Positions 1 through 11,200 of a stretch of DNA of 64,000 nucleotides are shown here, piece after piece. The stretch is taken from NCBI GenBank assembly GCA_015680685.1, contig MNCI01001519.1:573318-637317 (forward strand). The letters run 5' to 3'. The notes below the pieces were generated by a model. That model was not told the DNA's origin. It saw only the letters and a list, made by a program, of their open reading frames with translations, and did no database searches. Positions within the stretch are counted from its first letter, which is position 1. Each line of letters opens with the position of its first letter. The position numbers and the translations under genes were made by a program. The stretch comes from Gnetum montanum. Taxonomy: Eukaryota; Plantae; Gnetophyta.

Positions 1-1362
1 CTGGCACTAAACGTGCCACCACACTTGTTTGCCACTTGGCCCACTTTAATAATAGAATGTACAGAGCTTGTCATTCAAGCGGCGTAGATTTCTTCATTAA
101 ACGCGGAAAGGACGTCAGAATGGTATGACAACATTAAAACTTACCTTTTTCATGGCGAACCACCGCACGTGCTAACACATGCGCAAAAGGATGTAGTGCG
201 CAAGCATGCCAGGAAATATGTCATCCTTGGAGATAATACTCTCTGTAGACGCTCCTTCGATGGGATATTGCTTACCTGCGTTAACAGTAACAAAGCACAG
301 TGAATAGTTAATGAAGTCCATGAAGGGCTGTGCGGAGGACACGTAGCCCCGCGAGCAATGACTGCTAAAATCAGATGCTTAGGGTACTATTGGCTATACA
401 TGGAAAAAGACTGCCTACCCAAGGTTAAGATGTGTGACACGTGCCAGCGTTACACGAATCTAATACATGTGTCACCAACTGAGTTACACACTACCCAAAT
501 TACTTGGCCATTCCAACGATGGGGACTGGACATCATAGGTCCCATCTCGCCTAAATCTTCTGCAGGTCATAGCTTCATTATCACCACCATTGAGTATTTT
601 ACAAAGTGGGTAGAGGCTATCCCCCTACGAAAGATTACATCTTGATAGGTTTGCCATTTCATCTTAGATAATATTATAACCAGATTTGGACTCCCTATGA
701 CTATTGTGACTAACAACGGACCACAATTTAGTAGCACAGAAACCAAATCTTTTTGCAATAATCTTGGTATTAAGCAATCTTTTTCTTTACCTTATTACCC
801 ACAAGAAAATGGTCAAGCAGAGGCAACAAACAAGGTGATTATCAATTTACTCAAGAAGATGCTCAATAGTAATAAGAAGCGGTGGCATGAAAAAATCCTC
901 TATGTGCTATGGGCGTATTGTACGACATGCAGAACAGCCACAGACAGAATGTCCTACAGCCTAGTCTACGGATCTAAAGTAGTGTTACCTTTGGAATTAT
1001 AGGTTCCCTCATTGCAGATGGTCCTATCTACGGTTACAAATGAGACTCAACACAATGAGTCTAGAATCGTGGATTTAGACTCAGTGGAGGAGAAACGCAT
1101 CCAGACGCTCGACACCATCAAAAAATATCACGATAAACAGAGATAGAAGTATCGACACAACCTGCATCAACAACTGATTGAGAAAGGAGACTTAGTTTTT
1201 AAGGCCATTTGTGAACCAGTAGGCAAGTTCTCTACAAACTGGGAAGGCCCTTTCCTAGTCATCAGCGCATACAGCAACAGAGCATTCAAGTTAGCAGACA
1301 TCGACGGTAACGAGTTATCAAATCTGGTGAATCATCTGTACCTAAAGCGGTATTACATCTGA
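1..1362 (+). pseudogene. Tat/Ogre-type integrase (pol C-terminus), disrupted by in-frame stops
   Basis: Frame 1 reads EVHEGLCGGH...CDTCQ (HHCC zinc finger), WPFQRWGLDIIGP, FTKWVEAIPL, YYPQENGQAEATNK and KFSTNWEGPF (GPY/F), and ends LKRYYI-TGA at 1360-1362. Internal stops are TAG/TGA (e.g. 301, 643, 1000, 1144). Confidence 0.92.
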
Positions 1363-1394
1363 ACATCGACTTAGCCCAAAATCAGGTAACACAC

Positions 1395-1753
1395 ATCTGC
1401 TATGACGTAAAACTGGCAAAGTTGTAAATGTCCGCTACGACGTAAAACTGGCAAAGTTGTAAACGTCCGCTACGACATAAAACTGGCAGCTCTTGCATGC
1501 GTCCGCCAAGACACTAAACTGGCAAAGGTAAGCACACGTCTGCTAAGACACTAAACTAGCACAGACTTGTCCCTGGGTCACGACGTAAAACTGACAGCCA
1601 TAGCATGGTCTGCTAGGACTATAAACTAGCTCTTCCACCATCTGCTACAACGTAAAACTAGCAAGTTCCAGTCTGCCCAGACATTAAACCGAGACCACGG
1701 TCTGCTGAAACTTAAAATCAGCAACAACAGTCAACTAGGACATAAAACTGGAA
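1395..1753 (+). repeat. Array of 11 conserved ~24-nt units (GTC-YGCYAN-GAC-NNWAAAC-TRGCA) separated by short variable spacers; predicted tandem RNA pseudoknots
   Basis: Units start at 1395, 1430, 1465, 1501, 1538, 1569, 1608, 1640, 1671, 1700 and 1730; period 29-39 nt. Confidence 0.9.
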
Positions 1754-2703
1754 TCTGTCAACAAGCCATCCATGAAGCAAGCGAGCATGATCATTCTTGC
1801 ACAGCATCCCTACCAGATGGAGTGGGTAAGGCGTTGGGATAGATACAACGCCGCTACCCCGTCGACATTCTGCTGATTCCTCGGATATGCCAAAAAGCAT
1901 ACTACTGACCCCTCGGAGATGTTACTACGATAGCCACTTCGTAGCTGCAACTCCTGGGATCAATTTCGCCGCTTGGTGCCCCGAAAAAATCGTGGCCACC
2001 CATCGTCTCAACGGCCTCCATCCATCGCCGTCACCAAATTCTGGCTTAGCAGATTCATCTAACATGTTCTTTTCACCGTTCTTCAAATGAGATGAATCTA
2101 GCTATCGACAACGACTTTGAGAACTGCGGCATCAACATTGGCACCCTTGCTGCTTGTTGCGGTTCCAGTTTCAAAGGTCTACACTCTCCTTTTCTCTTTG
2201 GACAGTGCTTGTTTCAACAGCCTCCCTCCTTAGCGATCTGGACATTTGTTTCTGGCTCTCTGTTCTATGTTGTGTTTTGCAGGTTACTTGTTATGACAAC
2301 GTTGATCGAGAATACTTTCATTGGAAGGTGAGGTGTTATGGTGTTCTAAGGTGGCTACTCAGACTAGTCTAGTCACTTGGAAGTGCAAACCCTACCTCTC
2401 CCTTCATCGCGTACCTTACCTTGTCTTCCCCCTTTTCCTATCCTTATAATTGTCCCTGCTTTTTCCTCCGCTTGTACAAAACGTGAGCATTAAGTCGATC
2501 CATTTTCATTATCATGCCCACAAACTGGCGTAACACAGCTTGCCTTGTGGCATGTGATCTGCATTTTTCAAAAAAAAAAGAGCACAAGGGGTAATACTTG
2601 GCAAAATGGACGTAAAAAAACTTTTCCAAGCCATGCAGGCATAACACAACTCGTCCTTGCAAGCCCCCCNNNNNNNNNNNNNNNNNNNNNNNNNNNNNNN
2701 NNN

Positions 2704-4396
2704 NGTAATGACTTGTTCGGAGAAGCTTCATGTTCATGTGTTTGAGTCTTCCCCGAACCTACCATCTCTAACTCCTGTAAGATCCCTTCTATACCCTATG
2801 ACCCTCCATCCTTGCACTTCTAAGTTTGATAGAACAACATTTGACCAGTCTCTGACAGATGCTATGGATGCTTTTACCTTTCTGGTGTTTCGTATTCTTT
2901 GTCGACATCTTTCGGGCAAGCCCTCTAAACATCAACAAACAGGGGCCATTGAAACACCGTAAAAATTTCGAGGCCTCGACAGTTTAGCAAAAGACTAGTG
3001 ATTCAGACAAAGGGTTGCAATAAGGCGCGGCATGGCAAGTTCCTTTTCAGTCAAAGGTCTGTCCCGCCACGCTGCGTGGCACAGCACAAGCAAATTCCAG
3101 AAGACAGAGCAAAGCGATGGATGCACGACGGCAAAACTTTCAACTTTGCAATTTATCTGTTTCGAAAATCTTAACTTTTGGAAAATTACGCCGTATTACG
3201 CTACATAGCATAACATCTCATTATGTAGCGTAATATCAAAGACAGTCCACCGTAGCATCAAGGATGGCAAACATGCAAGACTTCGACAGCCCAGTAAAAA
3301 TCTCAAGGCCTAAGCAACAATCTACAGCATGACGCGCATTTCAGCGGGTTTTCTTTCCTAGTTAAGGGGTCCATTACGCTACTTTACGCAGTGCAGCGTA
3401 GTAAAAACCCCGAAAAAGATAGAAACAGAGGAAGCGCGGCAACAACACTTCAACTTTTGTGGTTTCGTTATTTTATACTGAATTACGCTACAATGCGTAA
3501 TTTAGTGTAATGCAGCGTAATTCAAATAACGACAAGCATAATTCAAACATCAGTAGTTCATACGCCACAATACGCTCTCTAGTGTATTACAGCGTAATCA
3601 AATGACAGTCTGTTTTCAAAGCCCACACGAGGGTAGTTTACGACGCGTTACGCAGCATAGCATCGTAAGCTTCAACGACAACACATTGAGTCAATAGCAT
3701 TTTATGAGTTCAGGACACGCATCACTTAAACTGCATTTTTCTCTTGACCCTAACCTTATAAATGCTCCAGTTGATGAAGATCAAAGAGGGGCAACAAGAT
3801 GGCAGAATAGAAACTAGTGATAGCAAGAATATCAAAGGTAGTTGATGAGAACCTTTGTTCAGGAGCAGCTGATTGACAGAGATTCTGCTTCGGGTTTGAC
3901 CTCTCTATATCTAGATCTACTAGAACAAGGTAGATTGGTTTTTGCTTGTTTTATCTCTGCTTAGCTTTTATTGTTACCAGCACGCGCTTCGTTCAAATCA
4001 AAGTCCATTGTAATCATTGTATCCAAATATAGCCTTCTTTTGTGGATTGAATCCCGGATCTTGAGATTCGATCATATCCCAAAGCCGATCTGTTGTCTTC
4101 TATTTGTACTAATTTTGCAAATTGTTCTAATCAATTATGTCTTCTCTTAATTATTTTCCAAAATTAACAACGTTTACAACCTCCTTGAAAAGAGCCGTAA
4201 AGAATCGTTATTCTGTCATTCAAATATCGCAAAATTTTTTACTGATCAAATAAGTTCCTATCTGATCGATAAGATCATTCAGGGCACCTTGGATTCGTCT
4301 TTTCTCTAGCACGACCCTTGCATGAATCTGGGGTTAGAACTATATACACGAGCTTTTGTCCGGTATTTCTAGCGACTAACGTTTTCCATCGTTACA
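2704..4396 (+). repeat. 3' LTR of the Tat-type element (~1.7 kb)
   Basis: Starts nGTAATGA right after a 35-N gap that probably hides the PPT. Ends TCGTTACA at 4396. TATAAAT at ~3757. Confidence 0.7.
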
Positions 4397-4691
4397 ATCG
4401 GAATGGTGGTGACTCTTGGGGAAGGCATTCTTGTTATCCAAGTGGATGGTTTAGCCGAATGCATTTATGCGAAGTCACTGGATGTGGTTGGTTTGAGGCT
4501 AGACTTAGAATGGGATTTGCTAAGTCACATTAATCATAAAACACACAAGGGACTGTACACCACCTTGTTCTTGGGCTTCCATTCCATCCTCTTCTCTCCA
4601 CCCTTTTCTCCATTGTTCACCTCATTGCCGGTTGTATCATTAGTGTATATATTTTGGTTGATGCATTGTTTTCTTTTTGGTAAATTCTTGC

Positions 4692-5665
4692 NNNNNNNNN
4701 NNNNNNNNNNNNNNNNNNNNNNNNNNNNNNNNNNNNNNNNNNNNNNNNNNNNNNNNNNNNNNNNNNNNNNNNNNNNNNNNNNNNNNNNNNNNNNNNNNNN
4801 NNNNNNNNNNNNNNNNNNNNNNNNNNNNNNNNNNNNNNNNNNNNNNNNNNNNNNNNNNNNNNNNNNNNNNNNNNNNNNNNNNNNNNNNNNNNNNNNNNNN
4901 NNNNNNNNNNNNNNNNNNNNNNNNNNNNNNNNNNNNNNNNNNNNNNNNNNNNNNNNNNNNNNNNNNNNNNNNNNNNNNNNNNNNNNNNNNNNNNNNNNNN
5001 NNNNNNNNNNNNNNNNNNNNNNNNNNNNNNNNNNNNNNNNNNNNNNNNNNNNNNNNNNNNNNNNNNNNNNNNNNNNNNNNNNNNNNNNNNNNNNNNNNNN
5101 NNNNNNNNNNNNNNNNNNNNNNNNNNNNNNNNNNNNNNNNNNNNNNNNNNNNNNNNNNNNNNNNNNNNNNNNNNNNNNNNNNNNNNNNNNNNNNNNNNNN
5201 NNNNNNNNNNNNNNNNNNNNNNNNNNNNNNNNNNNNNNNNNNNNNNNNNNNNNNNNNNNNNNNNNNNNNNNNNNNNNNNNNNNNNNNNNNNNNNNNNNNN
5301 NNNNNNNNNNNNNNNNNNNNNNNNNNNNNNNNNNNNNNNNNNNNNNNNNNNNNNNNNNNNNNNNNNNNNNNNNNNNNNNNNNNNNNNNNNNNNNNNNNNN
5401 NNNNNNNNNNNNNNNNNNNNNNNNNNNNNNNNNNNNNNNNNNNNNNNNNNNNNNNNNNNNNNNNNNNNNNNNNNNNNNNNNNNNNNNNNNNNNNNNNNNN
5501 NNNNNNNNNNNNNNNNNNNNNNNNNNNNNNNNNNNNNNNNNNNNNNNNNNNNNNNNNNNNNNNNNNNNNNNNNNNNNNNNNNNNNNNNNNNNNNNNNNNN
5601 NNNNNNNNNNNNNNNNNNNNNNNNNNNNNNNNNNNNNNNNNNNNNNNNNNNNNNNNNNNNNNNNN
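4692..5665. other. Assembly gap (N run); further gaps at 2670-2704 and 25548
   Basis: Runs of n in the sequence. Confidence 1.
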
Positions 5666-6338
5666 AGTGCATGGAATAGGATTTTATTACTTGTTATTTC
5701 TTACATGTTATTTCCTACCTATTATTTATTACCCTACAGTAGCACGGCATGAGTACGACTTGATTACGAGCATTTACAGATGTGTATGGCTAATCAAGGA
5801 ATCAGCTACTCATCATGATTATATTCTCTCACCCTCAACTCCTAGAATGCGAAATGAGTACCACTTGATTACGAGCATTTAAGGATGTGTACAACTAGTC
5901 AAGAAACGGATGCTCATTATGCTTAGGCTAGTTAAGTGCCTCAGTACAACCACTTTGAGCACGTACGTTACGTGTGGTGATCCTAGTAACAATTAGCGTT
6001 TGGTAGCCCTTGATTGCATAGTTCAAGGTGTGTAAGGTAAGTGGGAACGGATACTGACACTAGTTAATTTAGACTTAGTCATTAGTTAGAGTTAGTTAGT
6101 TCCTCAACCCTTCACCTCGATAGCATAGGAGAAAAACATAAAAGATATAAAAATCATATACCTCGGACTTACTTAACCATACACTGTGAAAAACACAAGT
6201 AAGTCTAGGAAGACAACGAATGATTAACCCCAAGTGTTCCATGGGGTGTGTAGGCATTTAGTCTACGGAGTTCGATCAGATCACGCGTGCTACGCTCGTT
6301 TCGTATGGTTGAGTGTAGGGGTACCTCACCACTCATCA
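5666..6338 (+). repeat. 3' portion of an Athila-family LTR abutting or inserted in an RTE LINE
   Basis: Shares aaaatcatatacct...cttaaccatacac...gaagacaacga...gtatggtt...actcatca with the LTR at 7419-8268; ends CATCA. Confidence 0.75.
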
Positions 6339-7302
6339 ACATGTATGAAAGAACTACCACTAAAACTAAAACAACTTGTAGAATAACATTTAATTTTCTA
6401 GTCATAGTAGATCTACGTCAAGGATCTGCACTTAGCCTATACTTATTTTTCATTATTATGGATGAATTAATGAAGAAAATATAGTATGAAATCCCTTGGT
6501 GTATGTTATTTGCAAATGATATTACGTGGATGGATACAGCTTAAGAAAATATTACTTATAAAATGGAGAAGTGGATACATGCTCTAAAATCAAAAGGCTT
6601 TAAAATTAGTAGAATTAAGACAAAATATAATTTTAATAATAGCATAAATAGTCGTGAAATAAAAGTAATAATTCAAGGCAAAAAAGTCCCTCCCTAGAAA
6701 TAATTCCACTATCTAGGATCAATTCTCTAATTAGATGGTGAAATTTGTAAAGATATAAGAAATAGAATTGAGGCAAGATGATCAAAATGGAGATAGGCTA
6801 GTGGTGTTCTATTTGATAAAAGAATACTAATAAAATTCAAGAGAAAATTTTATAGGACAACAATCAGGCTTTCTATCTTATATGATGCTAAATGTTGGAG
6901 AATACTAAAAAGGCATGAACAACAAATTAGTATAGCAAAATGTGAATGCTTCGATGGATATTGAATGTTATTACAAGAAATAAACTCCATAATATAGACA
7001 TTAGAGGAAGAATTTGAGTGGTTTTTATTTTAGATAAGCTACAAGAATGACAATCTAGATGGCTTGGTCATGTGCAAAGAAGATCAAATAATGAGCCTAT
7101 AAACAAAGGTTGCTACATCAATGTTCTAGAAAATCCAACGAAAGGAAGACCAAAGAATACATGGAAAAAATGATTGAAGATGATTTGAAGAAACTACAAA
7201 TCAATAGAGATTTAGCTTTTCATAGAGGTGAATGACAAAAAAGAACTCATGTAACCAACCTTATTTTGTTGGATTAAGGCTAGAATGATGATGATGATGA
7301 TT
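6339..7302 (+). mobile_element. RTE-clade LINE, decayed RT C-terminal half and 3' end
   Basis: MYERTTT...LRQGSALSLYLFFIIMDEL, PWCMLFANDI, YLGSI, RWLGHVQRR and GRPKNTW motifs; ends ttggattaaggct followed by a (TGA)n tail. Confidence 0.85.
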
Positions 7303-7418
7303 ATATATATATACTAAAAATAAAAATTTAGAGTACAAAATAAGAGGAGCATTATACTCATGTTGTTGGGTTAAGTCTAGGATGATGATGATATATTAAA
7401 AATAAAATTTTAGAGTAT

Positions 7419-8268
7419 TGATGAATCACATTTTGACTGGCTCCGATATTGGGTATGCAATATCGGAGCCTCGATATTGGATACCCAATATCGGACCCCA
7501 AGATGTGATGTTGAATATCTGATATCGTGGGGTATATGCCAACCTATAAATATAGCACTTGGACACATGATTTGGGAGTTAGTTTTGGCATAGAGTAATG
7601 AAGTACTTGTAGTTTAGCCATTCCAGAGTTAGAATATTTCTAAGTGCCCGCAACAGGAGTCCGAGTATGTATGGATCTTTGTTTAAGCACTAATGTACTT
7701 GAGCACGGCAATGTGATGAAAATAAAGATGAGCCCTTTTGATAATCCTTGCAGCACTAAGAATAGATTAATGTTTCCTTTAATAAATTTAATATTCATGC
7801 ACTTTACCTTAATGCACTTTAATTAAGTAATTAATTTCTAGTTGTTAATGAACACAAGCACGACCACTTCGAGCATACGTGTAGCACTTGGTAACCCAGA
7901 AACACTTAACGTTTGGTAACCCAACAACGTTATATGCGTTCAGGATGTGTCCAAAGAGTGGAAATGGGTACTTGTGTTAGACTAGCTTTGTAGTAGATTA
8001 ATTAGATATTAAATTACTTTACCTTTTATTCTTACTCTAGGTAATTAAACTTATAAAACATAAATGATAAAAATCATATACCTTAGTTGCACTTAACCAT
8101 ACACTTGCACCTCACAAGTGGGACTAAGAAGACAACGATCATCCCGATTAGATTTCACATCCTAGAACTAGTGTACTTAGGAACTTACAGTCTACAAAGT
8201 TTGACTGGATCGTGCATGAATGCTTGTGATTTGTATGGTTGGGCATAGGGATACCTTGCTACTCATCA
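7419..8268 (+). repeat. 5' LTR (850 bp) of the truncated Athila-type element
   Basis: TGATGA...TCATCA termini; CTATAAATA at ~7544. Confidence 0.85.
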
Positions 8269-8269
8269 T

Positions 8270-8288
8270 TGGCATCGTTGCCTAGGAT
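8270..8288 (+). promoter_or_regulatory. Primer binding site, tRNA-Asp type
   Basis: TGGCATCGTTGCCTAGGA resembles the Athila PBS TGGCGCCGTTGCCGGGGA and lies 1 nt after the LTR. Confidence 0.8.
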
Positions 8289-11200
8289 TTCGTGAAAATT
8301 ATTCAAATCATTGGAACGAACCCTAAAAGTCATATCATACTTTAAAATAACTATAACAATCTTAAAAAGCACACTGCATTTTTATTTTCTAACATAAAAT
8401 ATCTTCTTCTCACAAGAGCGATTCTCCACCCAAGTCTAACAGAGTACATTAGCAGGTGCCTCAACAGTACAAAGTGGTATATGCTCATCCTGATGAGTAT
8501 GTACCCAATTTCACCTTCATCCTACATTAGGATGAATAGCTGCAATGGTGTGACATGGAGGGCAACATCGTGTTACCACCCAATAGATTTGTTCTTATGA
8601 TGCTCCAACAAACTCTTGTGCATTTGGGCCTTCAAGGACTTCATGCTAAGTACATTACACAAGATAGTGATGCCAAGGATTATCATCCAATGAAGGCACA
8701 ACATCTTAGGGATCAATAGCTAGAACAATGCTATGAATCTGTGAAGGGAAAGTGGTTCACTGATTTCCCATTCTTGTTGTACCAAAAAGATGATGGAGAA
8801 CCTTTCTTTGGGGGTTTTCCATTCACTAAAATTCCTCTCTTTGACTTCGGTGAAGGAGGTCAAAACCAGAACCTACAATCCACAATTCACAATCTTGGTT
8901 TTGACAAGAATGGATCCAATGACAAAGGAGGATCCAAGGAGGAGAGTCAGGGCAAGGACGTGAACAAAAAACAAGATCGTGATTGTGGCCACGATCACCG
9001 AAGAAGGGGTAGCAGCCACCATGATGGTGCTAGTCCTCCTTCCTCTTCACCTTCATCGTCATCTTCTTCTTCTTCTAGCTCTAACCGCAACCGTAGGGGC
9101 CGCGACCATGATGGAGGTAACCAACAAGACCAAAATGATCGAAGGAATCATTGGGCAAGTCAAGACCAAGGGCATGAGCATTCAAGAAAGACTCAACGCC
9201 ATGAATGAAGGGGTAGTAGAGAGCATCGTAGGCACCAAAATTATGGCCTCAATGAGCCTTTGCTTGCTACCCAAAGTATGCTAAACATTGTAGAGGTAGT
9301 GAGAATCCCTACAAGGCATGTAAAGGATAGTCGGATCAGAAAACTAGACATAAACAATATTCCTTGGTTCAAAGGGGGATATAACTCAAATTTGCAAAAC
9401 CATCTCCAAGCTTTCCAAGATGCATGTGCCTTTTAGAATATAGAAAATGAGTGGTAGAAGCTTAAGTTGTTTCCCAAGACACTCATTAAAGAAGCAAAAA
9501 ACTGGGATCGGTCCTTGGAAACAAAATCTATCAGATGATGGAGTACAATGCTTGAATTATTCAATGATAAATATCAAACATACTCCAAGTGTTCAACTTG
9601 AGGAGGCAAATTTAAGGATGGAAATAAGGGACACATGAGGCCTTGGATGCTGCCATAGGCCGATACTATTTCTTAGTGCACAAGTTTCCTAGCCATGGTT
9701 ATTCTCAATTGGACCAACTTCGCCACATTATAGACGAGCTTCGATTAGAAACGAGGAGAACCCTTGATAGCTATGCCCAAGGGTGATTATTAGAATTAAG
9801 TGTCTATCAAATCCAAAGATTGATTGAGCAAGTAGCTAAAGAGGAAGGAGAATTAAGAAAATGAGAAAGTGTAGAAGAGTATAATCATGATCCTTCCAAT
9901 CACAAACTATAACAGTGAGGAAGAACTATCACTTGATGAGGTGGTGAATAGGAAAACATTGTTGCTTCAAAAATTTCAATCTGAAATTATAGCTAAGGTT
10001 GATCAATTATGGAACTCCATGGATAGTAGATTTCAAGCTATCTTAAAAATTATTGAAGAGTCTAAAGTACAAGGTAGTGATCGTGAGCACAAGCGGTGCA
10101 AAGAAGTTGAACGTGCCAATTAAATAGCTAAGGGCAAGATTACTGCAATAGAGGAAGTTGCAAAAAGCAAATCAGATGATGATGGTGGGTGACATCTGCC
10201 ATTATGAACATCCTAAGGGATGTTGCCCCATAGTGTCACACTTACAAGAGTTTGGGATGTATTCTTTGAATCCACACCTAGCACAAAGGCAAACACCCAG
10301 ACAATTGTCTTATCCTCTCAAGGAAATACTAGGCAGTTCCACCAACAACAATAGTATTATTCAAGTGGAACTCCATTGCAATCATATGAGCAGTATCAAT
10401 AGTGGCAACAACCACAGTTATGGGTGCTAGCACCACCAAGGCAGCATTACCCTTACAGACAACCTGATCCATATGGGTACTACGTTCAACAACCCTTGTC
10501 TCCACATGACTCTTCTAGTCATGTTTCCACTTTCCAACCTCACTACTACCCTTCTGATTATTATCAAACTCATTCTCCACATGCCAGGAGGGATACCACC
10601 TTTTACCCTTATCCTTCTCCAGTTCCTGCACATCTTTGTCCTCCCTCAACACAGCTACCACCCACTCCATCTATGCAAGGTGAACTTCCAACTCAACCAC
10701 AACAACGCAATGCCACCAGGGCCATTAATCTATAACTGGTTCATCAACCGAGTGGTTTAGACACTCAATCAAAGAAAATACCTTTCTTTTGATCCAACAG
10801 TCCATCTAAGCCCTCAAATACACATGTAGTTAACAACCCTACTTCTTCATCTCCCTCTATACCTAATTTTTTCAAGTCCCCTTCAAACCAAATTCCATCC
10901 TAAATCCATACTATTATGCTGACTCATGCTATATTTGATTGGATTTGAGCTGCCAACCTTTCTAAGAAATTAGCTGATCCTGAAAGTCCTCTTATTTATT
11001 TGCAAATTACTAGGAACAAACCATGCAAAACTCTTCTTGATTTAGGTTTTGGTGTCAACTTGATTTCTCATGAGATGTATACTGCATGGAACCTACATCC
11101 TCTCAAGAAGAGCAATATCATATTAGAATTGGTAGACTAGTCCATCACTATCCCATTGGGACTAGTAGAAGACATTGTGATCACTATCTATGGGTGGTCT

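Larger units (their letters stand above)
1..4396 (+). mobile_element. Ty3/Gypsy LTR retrotransposon, Tat/Ogre-type, 3' part (integrase, 3' UTR array, 3' LTR); 5' part lies outside the window
   Basis: Integrase motifs in one frame, a long pol-to-LTR region, and an LTR with terminal inverted repeat (T)GTAATGA...TCGTTACA. Confidence 0.85.

Noticed and set aside
1395-1753. CRISPR array
   Set aside because: The repeat-spacer look is superficial. Spacers are only 5-13 nt, the repeats are degenerate, there is no leader or cas gene, and the context is a plant retrotransposon 3' UTR.
1395-1753. Hammerhead ribozyme or retrozyme repeats
   Set aside because: No CUGANGA and GAAA catalytic core seen in the units
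4403-5882. Long ORFs of 351-449 aa in the ORF track
   Set aside because: Artefacts of translating through the N gap
8741-9208. Ser/Arg/Asp-rich ORF as a host gene
   Set aside because: Lies between the PBS and gag core of the Athila element and has a counterpart in the sister element (about 50300-50800)
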